DNA of 39,832 nt from a virus (Duplodnaviria > Caudoviricetes). Position 1 is the stretch's first letter; the number at the start of each line of letters is the position of its first letter. The stretch is from positions 1 to 39,832 of IMG/VR virus record IMGVR_UViG_3300025296_000045; one strand, given 5' to 3'. Position numbers and translations under genes: made by a program. Below the pieces are notes generated by a model. It was given only the letters and a program-made list of their open reading frames with translations, ran no database searches and was not told the origin of the DNA. This document shows, in pieces, positions 35,244 to 39,832 of the stretch.

Positions 35244-35292
35244 CAATGAGTTAGTGGGCGACTCGTCGTCCCAACTCAACGAGGTGTTATGA
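35238..35292 (-). repeat. attC-like site 14 (head subfamily, 55 bp)
   Basis: Minus: TCATAAC-ACCTC-GTT[G]AGT[T]GGG[A]CGAC-ga-GTCGCCCACTAAC-TCATT-GTTATGT. Confidence 0.9.
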
Positions 35293-35873
35293 AAACAATC
35301 ATAACTAACATAGAGAGGTTAAGAGTGGGCAAGCGTAAATGTGCTTATTGCGGTGAGCGTGACTACAAAGAAAATATGTTTATTACTCCTGTTAGTGCGT
35401 TTTGTGATAGAGATCATGCCGCTAAGTACGCATTTAAAAATAAGCAGAAAGGCGCTGATAAGATTCACAGAGAGAATAAAAGGGCTTTAAAAGATAATGA
35501 CAAATCATTTAGAGATAAAAAAGCTCAAGCAGAGTTTAATAAGTATATTAGGTTACGTGATGCAGACTTGCCTTGTATTAGCTGTGGTCGTAATCACTCT
35601 GGTCAATATCACGCTGGTCATTACAGAAGTCGTGGGGCGCACCCTGAGCTTAGATTTGAAGAACTCAATTGCCACAAACAATGTGCTCCTTGCAATAACC
35701 ACCTTTCTGGTAATATCAGCAATTACCGTCCTGCTTTAATAGAAAAGATAGGTCAGGGTAAAGTTGATTGGATAGAAGGGCCTCACGAGGTGGTCAAATA
35801 CACTTGCCAAGATTTAAAAGAAATTGAACTTAAGTATAAAGAAAAAATTAAAGAACTAACGGAGAGTAAATAA
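35289..35873 (+). CDS. ninG: NinG/Rap recombination endonuclease (start may be GTG 35325)
   Basis: FNKYIRLRD..PCISCG..HAGHYRS.GA.PELRF...NCHKQC..CN..LSGN. Confidence 0.93.
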   Translation: MKTIITNIERLRVGKRKCAYCGERDYKENMFITPVSAFCDRDHAAKYAFKNKQKGADKIHRENKRALKDNDKSFRDKKAQAEFNKYIRLRDADLPCISCGRNHSGQYHAGHYRSRGAHPELRFEELNCHKQCAPCNNHLSGNISNYRPALIEKIGQGKVDWIEGPHEVVKYTCQDLKEIELKYKEKIKELTESK

Positions 35874-35874
35874 A

Positions 35875-36312
35875 ATGACAACTATCGTATATGACCACAA
35901 AAACAAGCAAATAGCATGTGATAGCCGATTAACTGGTGGAAATTTAATTATTACAGATAGTGCCGAAAAATATAGGGCAAACGAAAAGGGCTTGTGGTTT
36001 TTTGCTGGAACAAGGGCTGACGAGAATCAGCTTATGGAGCTTGAGCATAACGACAAACCAGAAATAAAGCCAGACGCAAACGCGCTACTCATTAAAGAAG
36101 GTAAATGCTTCTTAGTTACTTTTAATGGCGACTATTGTTCAGTAAGTGAGAATGAATATAATCACTCTATAGGTTCAGGGTGTGATTTTGCGTTATCCGC
36201 TGTTGACTTAGGAAGGACAGCAAAAGAGGCTGTTGAATATGCTATAACAAGAGATACCGGCTCGGGAGGCAACGTCCATGTTTACGATATTGAGAAAGGG
36301 AAGTTCTTATAA
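35875..36312 (+). CDS. Proteasome-subunit-like Ntn hydrolase
   Basis: N-terminal MTTI..., IACDSR, IGSG and A.EAV..A..RD..SGG motifs. Confidence 0.75.
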   Translation: MTTIVYDHKNKQIACDSRLTGGNLIITDSAEKYRANEKGLWFFAGTRADENQLMELEHNDKPEIKPDANALLIKEGKCFLVTFNGDYCSVSENEYNHSIGSGCDFALSAVDLGRTAKEAVEYAITRDTGSGGNVHVYDIEKGKFL

Positions 36313-36695
36313 TGATAGAAATTAATAGATGGTATCAAAATGATTGTACGCTAGGTCGTTTGACATGTGGTGACTTTCAATGCTGGACGCTAGAGTTACC
36401 TTATCTATATAACCAACAAAATGTTAGCTGTATTCATGCGGCTGAAGCTTACAAAGGTAGAAAGCATATAAGTCCTAACAATGGCAATGTGATAGCTATT
36501 GATAACGTATTAGAGCGAGAACATATACAAATACACTCAGGCAATTACACAAGCCAGATAAGAGGTTGTATTTTAGTCGGTGATGCAATCAAGTTTTTAA
36601 ACGATGATAAAATACCAGACGTAACGAACAGTAAGCGCACGTTAGAAAAATTAATGTCACTATTGCCAGATGAATTTAATATATCTATCAAGTAG
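36312..36695 (+). CDS. DUF5675-like protein, candidate endolysin
   Basis: TLGRL..CWTLELP..SCI and IQIHSGN....GCILVG (His/Cys motif). Confidence 0.7.
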   Translation: MIEINRWYQNDCTLGRLTCGDFQCWTLELPYLYNQQNVSCIHAAEAYKGRKHISPNNGNVIAIDNVLEREHIQIHSGNYTSQIRGCILVGDAIKFLNDDKIPDVTNSKRTLEKLMSLLPDEFNISIK

Positions 36696-36721
36696 TGTTA
36701 TAATACAAAGGAATTTTAACA

Positions 36722-37252
36722 ATGTTGGAGATATTAGAATGGGCACAACTTCTAAACGTAAAAAAACTAGTGGCGGCACAAAACGTAAGTAGTTTACTAT
36801 TAATTTTGTACGTTATGTCTTACAGAATAAGTGGTAAAGGCTGTCTTTTGACGGCCTTTATTCTATGTGAATTTTTTGCAAACTCCCAGTTTAGCCATCA
36901 CTTAGACGATAGTATGTACTATTTAGCGGATATGACTTTTTATGCAGCCTTGTATGTTTATGCTTTCTACAATAAATTGAATGTTAACACTATGTTAGGA
37001 TGTGTTATTATGATTTTATTTGATTTTGGAATGGCGTTAGATGCAAAAATATATCCTGATGATTCAACGCTTATTTACGAATACTACACTCCTATTAACT
37101 TGTCTATTCATCTATACCTCATATCAACACTATTCAGATGGTCACATATTAGGAGAAGTATGGAGAATATTTTTAGAGCTTTTGCTGTATTCTTTAGGGT
37201 TAATGATAGTTTTTCATTTTTTTGGTATTATGTTAAAAAAGCAACCTTATAA
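36722..37252 (+). CDS. Multi-pass membrane protein (start uncertain)
   Basis: Several hydrophobic segments. Confidence 0.65.
   Translation: MLEILEWAQLLNVKKLVAAQNVSSLLLILYVMSYRISGKGCLLTAFILCEFFANSQFSHHLDDSMYYLADMTFYAALYVYAFYNKLNVNTMLGCVIMILFDFGMALDAKIYPDDSTLIYEYYTPINLSIHLYLISTLFRWSHIRRSMENIFRAFAVFFRVNDSFSFFWYYVKKATL
36739..36792 (+). CDS. Possible 17-aa basic peptide MGTTSKRKKTSGGTKRK
   Basis: GGAG RBS 8 nt upstream; extended -10 TGTTATAAT at about 36696. Confidence 0.4.
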   Translation: MGTTSKRKKTSGGTKRK

Positions 37253-37263
37253 AGACAATAAAG

Positions 37264-37569
37264 ATGAGTAGTGATATTACCCCTGACTTAATTAAATCTC
37301 TCATAAGTTCAGTCGATTCAACTAATGTAACAGTCAAAGAATTGGCTGTTAGTGTTTCTGAGTTAGTTCAGGTTGAAAAGGTTAGAGAGGAGCGAGACAA
37401 GCACCAGGAAGAAAAAAACAAGAAATATGACGATCATATAAGAAAATATGAAGCGTCTCTTTTAAGGCTTGTGTCATGGCATATAACTATCGATAAAGTT
37501 AAAGTCCCTTTAATTGTCGCCTTTGTTTTAGCATTGCTAACTTTACTAGGTTTCAATTGGAAAGGCTAA
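37264..37569 (+). CDS. Coiled-coil protein with C-terminal TM helix (holin/lysis-associated candidate)
   Basis: VPLIVAFVLALLTLLGF; near candidate endolysin. Confidence 0.55.
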   Translation: MSSDITPDLIKSLISSVDSTNVTVKELAVSVSELVQVEKVREERDKHQEEKNKKYDDHIRKYEASLLRLVSWHITIDKVKVPLIVAFVLALLTLLGFNWKG

Positions 37570-37602
37570 CGCTACAAAATAATTATACAAACAGGATTTA
37601 AT

Positions 37603-37950
37603 ATGAGTAATTTAACGCTAAGAAAATTTAACAAGATAATGGATCATAGAGATTCTATTCAGTCTGAAGGTGCTAGAGGTATTAGCTCCTTGGCTTCTTC
37701 TGTTGGTAAAGCTATAGAGTTTTGCATTCTTTTAGAAGAAGATCCTGACGGTTATTTTGCAACTAACGGCGATAAAGAAGAAGTACGCCAAGACTTTACA
37801 TCAGTAATGAACTCTCTTAACGAAGTGCTACCCACTATTGCTTTAATAGAGCAACTTAGAAACGAAACTATAACTGTAGAGCAATTTAGAACGTCAACAG
37901 GAAAAGAAGGTTTCGACGTACAAGCCTATCAAGACTCATTGACGGGTTAA
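37603..37950 (+). CDS. Hypothetical protein (full-length copy)
   Basis: AGGA RBS; duplicate of 7-318. Confidence 0.8.
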   Translation: MSNLTLRKFNKIMDHRDSIQSEGARGISSLASSVGKAIEFCILLEEDPDGYFATNGDKEEVRQDFTSVMNSLNEVLPTIALIEQLRNETITVEQFRTSTGKEGFDVQAYQDSLTG

Positions 37951-37954
37951 GTAA

Positions 37955-39406
37955 ATGGCCTTTGGCTTTACTGCTACTGCAGGCACTATATCAGGAACTC
38001 ATTCTGGTTTTGTTGGTTATTTCTCCACTACCAACTTTCCGTCAGGTTCATTATCTGGCGCTAACGCTATACTTAACGGTGGCGGGAATTTACGCGCATA
38101 CACTGATAGCACAAAAGCAACTGCTTTACCTCTTGAAATAGTAACCCTAGTTACAGGTGTTTCTGCTGAAGCGCAAGTGTGGGTGAGGTTAAGTTCTTTA
38201 TCTACGGCTGGAACAGTCTATTTAGAAGCTGATGACACAGAAACGACCCAACCAGCAGTAACCGCACCACTAGGCCGTAATGCTGTATGGGCTGGTGACA
38301 AGCACGTTATCCATTGTGAAAGCACTAACACTATTGACTCAACAGGCAATGGTGGAATACCTACATTGGTTGGAGGTATAACAAATTCACAGTTAACCAA
38401 CGGACTCTCAGCCCTAGATTTTGATGGCAACATGAACACCAGGTTGCATCTAGGAAATACGGGCAGTGTTTTAGGGGATTTTGAATCGTTCGCATGGGTA
38501 AATGTTGATGCTGGAGGCTCACTTCAAAGCATAGTAGCAAGAAGGAATGATGCTTCGGGTGGTGCATGGGAATTCCAATGGAGGCTTGAAAGTCTAGATC
38601 CTGCCATACTGATAGGGAGTACATCACCTAACGACCCAGCCGCACCGATATCAACGTCTACAGATTATCTTTTGGGTGTACAAGTATCCGGTAGTACAAT
38701 AAATTTTTTCAGGGACGGCGTTTTGACCGGCTCTCAGTCAGTTTCTGGCTCTAGAGTTTCTAGGAATGTTGAGTTCAGTGTTGGCGGTATAGTATCAAAT
38801 TCAACAGGGCGCTCCATAAACGGCAGAATATCAACAGTAATGTTCAGAGAGTCGGCGAACACCACTGCAGATAGGGCAATCACAGAATACGACAATCAAA
38901 ACTCTCCTTCTACATTCTGGTCATCTAGCGCATGGGAAGATCAAGCTGGAGGAATAACTGTTACAGGTAATACTGCAAGCTATGGTTATAACGGGGTATC
39001 TGGCACTGTAGAGCTAACAGGCGAAATAGTCGTAACTGGTTCAACTGCATCATATGGGTATAACGGCGTTAACGGGGAGGTAGACTTAACGTCAGAAATA
39101 TTAATTACAGGTCAGACAGCTTCCTATGGTTATGATGGGGTATCTGGCTCTGTAGATTTATCAGGGTTAATCTCTATTACAGGTCAAACAGCGTCTTATG
39201 ATTATGATGGTGTTTCAGGCGAAGTGATCCTGCAAGGGACTATAGTAGTAACGGGTGATACAGCTAATTATGCCTACAATGCTTTAAATGGTACAATAAT
39301 AATACAAGGGCCAATAACGGTTAATCCTAGGAACGTTATAACGGTTAAACGAAAATCAAATGACATAATAGTCAGTAGAAAATCAAACACAGTAAGGGTT
39401 AAATGA
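37955..39406 (+). CDS. Putative virion fibre/receptor-binding protein, allele B (clear LamG/ConA-like domain)
   Basis: ALDFDG..FESFAWVN..QSIV..INFFRDGV..FSVGG..INGRI LamG pattern. Confidence 0.7.
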   Translation: MAFGFTATAGTISGTHSGFVGYFSTTNFPSGSLSGANAILNGGGNLRAYTDSTKATALPLEIVTLVTGVSAEAQVWVRLSSLSTAGTVYLEADDTETTQPAVTAPLGRNAVWAGDKHVIHCESTNTIDSTGNGGIPTLVGGITNSQLTNGLSALDFDGNMNTRLHLGNTGSVLGDFESFAWVNVDAGGSLQSIVARRNDASGGAWEFQWRLESLDPAILIGSTSPNDPAAPISTSTDYLLGVQVSGSTINFFRDGVLTGSQSVSGSRVSRNVEFSVGGIVSNSTGRSINGRISTVMFRESANTTADRAITEYDNQNSPSTFWSSSAWEDQAGGITVTGNTASYGYNGVSGTVELTGEIVVTGSTASYGYNGVNGEVDLTSEILITGQTASYGYDGVSGSVDLSGLISITGQTASYDYDGVSGEVILQGTIVVTGDTANYAYNALNGTIIIQGPITVNPRNVITVKRKSNDIIVSRKSNTVRVK

Positions 39407-39832
39407 TGGCAGCAGGTGATACAAAACTATTCAATGATTTTGTCTTAAAGGACAGGCAGGGCGTCTATGCTTTGGCTGATGACTGGCAACTTGTTTTTTT
39501 GTCAGATACTTATGCCAGTGTAAATACTGACTTAACTAATCCCACATCGGGAAGCTTTACGGTAACTAGTGGCGGGAACGTGTCAGCAAGCTATCTTCTT
39601 TCCGGTGAGGCGATCACAAGAAGTGGTGCAACAATAACGTTTGACGCTACAGATATAGGCACGATATTGAAAGCGGCAGGAAATCCGTCTGATTTGCGTT
39701 GTGCGCTACTAATAAACGCTACAGTAACAAATGATGCTGCTCAGGTTTGGGATATGACCTCAGACGGGACTACGCCACTTGATTTAGTTAATAACGATTT
39801 TACTTTTAATTTTGGCGTAAACGGCATCAACA
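39403..39832 (+). CDS. Putative virion protein, allele B of 1816-2268 (truncated by window end)
   Basis: ATGATGGCAGCAGGTGAT... homologous to 1816. Confidence 0.75.
   Translation, partial: MMAAGDTKLFNDFVLKDRQGVYALADDWQLVFLSDTYASVNTDLTNPTSGSFTVTSGGNVSASYLLSGEAITRSGATITFDATDIGTILKAAGNPSDLRCALLINATVTNDAAQVWDMTSDGTTPLDLVNNDFTFNFGVNGIN

Larger units (their letters stand above)
34116..35292 (-). mobile_element. attC cassette array 4: head site plus 4 cassettes (34905-35243, 34651-34904, 34383-34650, 34122-34382)
   Basis: Five attC-like sites; complementary ends GTTATGTTGC/GCAACATAAC, GTTATATGGCAA/TTGCCATATAAC, GTTATGTTAC/GTAACATAAC, GTTAGgCGT/ACGaCTAAC. Confidence 0.92.
1..37632. mobile_element. 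Apparently complete P22-like podovirus genome (unit length about 37.6 kb, circularly permuted)
   Basis: Full head/tail/ejection gene order plus replication, recombination and lysis modules; position 1 recurs at 37633; no host genes seen. Confidence 0.9.
37633..39832 (+). repeat. Imperfect terminal overlap, copy 2 (matches 1-2245; 45 bp shorter)
   Basis: Alignment by eye; the whole length difference lies in the swapped domain. Confidence 0.95.

Noticed and set aside
34116-35292. CRISPR array interpretation of the repeats
   Set aside because: Repeats differ in sequence and length and are separated by whole genes of about 200-780 bp; no cas genes
1-39832. Integron integrase, phage integrase, tRNA genes or stop-codon reassignment
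   Set aside because: No ORF with tyrosine/serine recombinase motifs and no cloverleaf noticed by eye; core genes are intact in the standard code

Overview
The window is an apparently complete genome (about 37.6 kb unit length) of a P22-like podovirus that probably infects a gammaproteobacterium. It encodes terminase, portal, scaffold, a gp5-type coat, gp4/gp10/gp14, ejection proteins, an O-like initiator with DnaB, ERF/Gp157/SSB, NinB/NinG and candidate lysis genes. I found no integrase or CI-type repressor. The two ends overlap (1-2245 vs 37633-39832) but carry different alleles of a LamG-type virion protein, most likely an assembly bubble of two variants. The main unexplained signal is 14 integron attC-like sites in four arrays holding 10 single-gene cassettes, with no integron integrase. 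Judged by their extrahelical-base pattern, all 14 sites are antisense to the genes. Each array has one member of a distinct 54-55 bp subfamily at its attI-equivalent end, every crossover point abuts a TAA stop codon, and one gene starts inside its attC loop. This suggests an inverted, phage-adapted cassette system that borrows a host IntI. Other observations: a promoter-driven structured non-coding region (26756-27159), a five-gene reverse operon between portal and scaffold missed by the ORF track, a LexA DNA-binding-only protein and a secreted protein/lipoprotein pair. All product calls come from reading motifs and synteny by eye; no searches were run.
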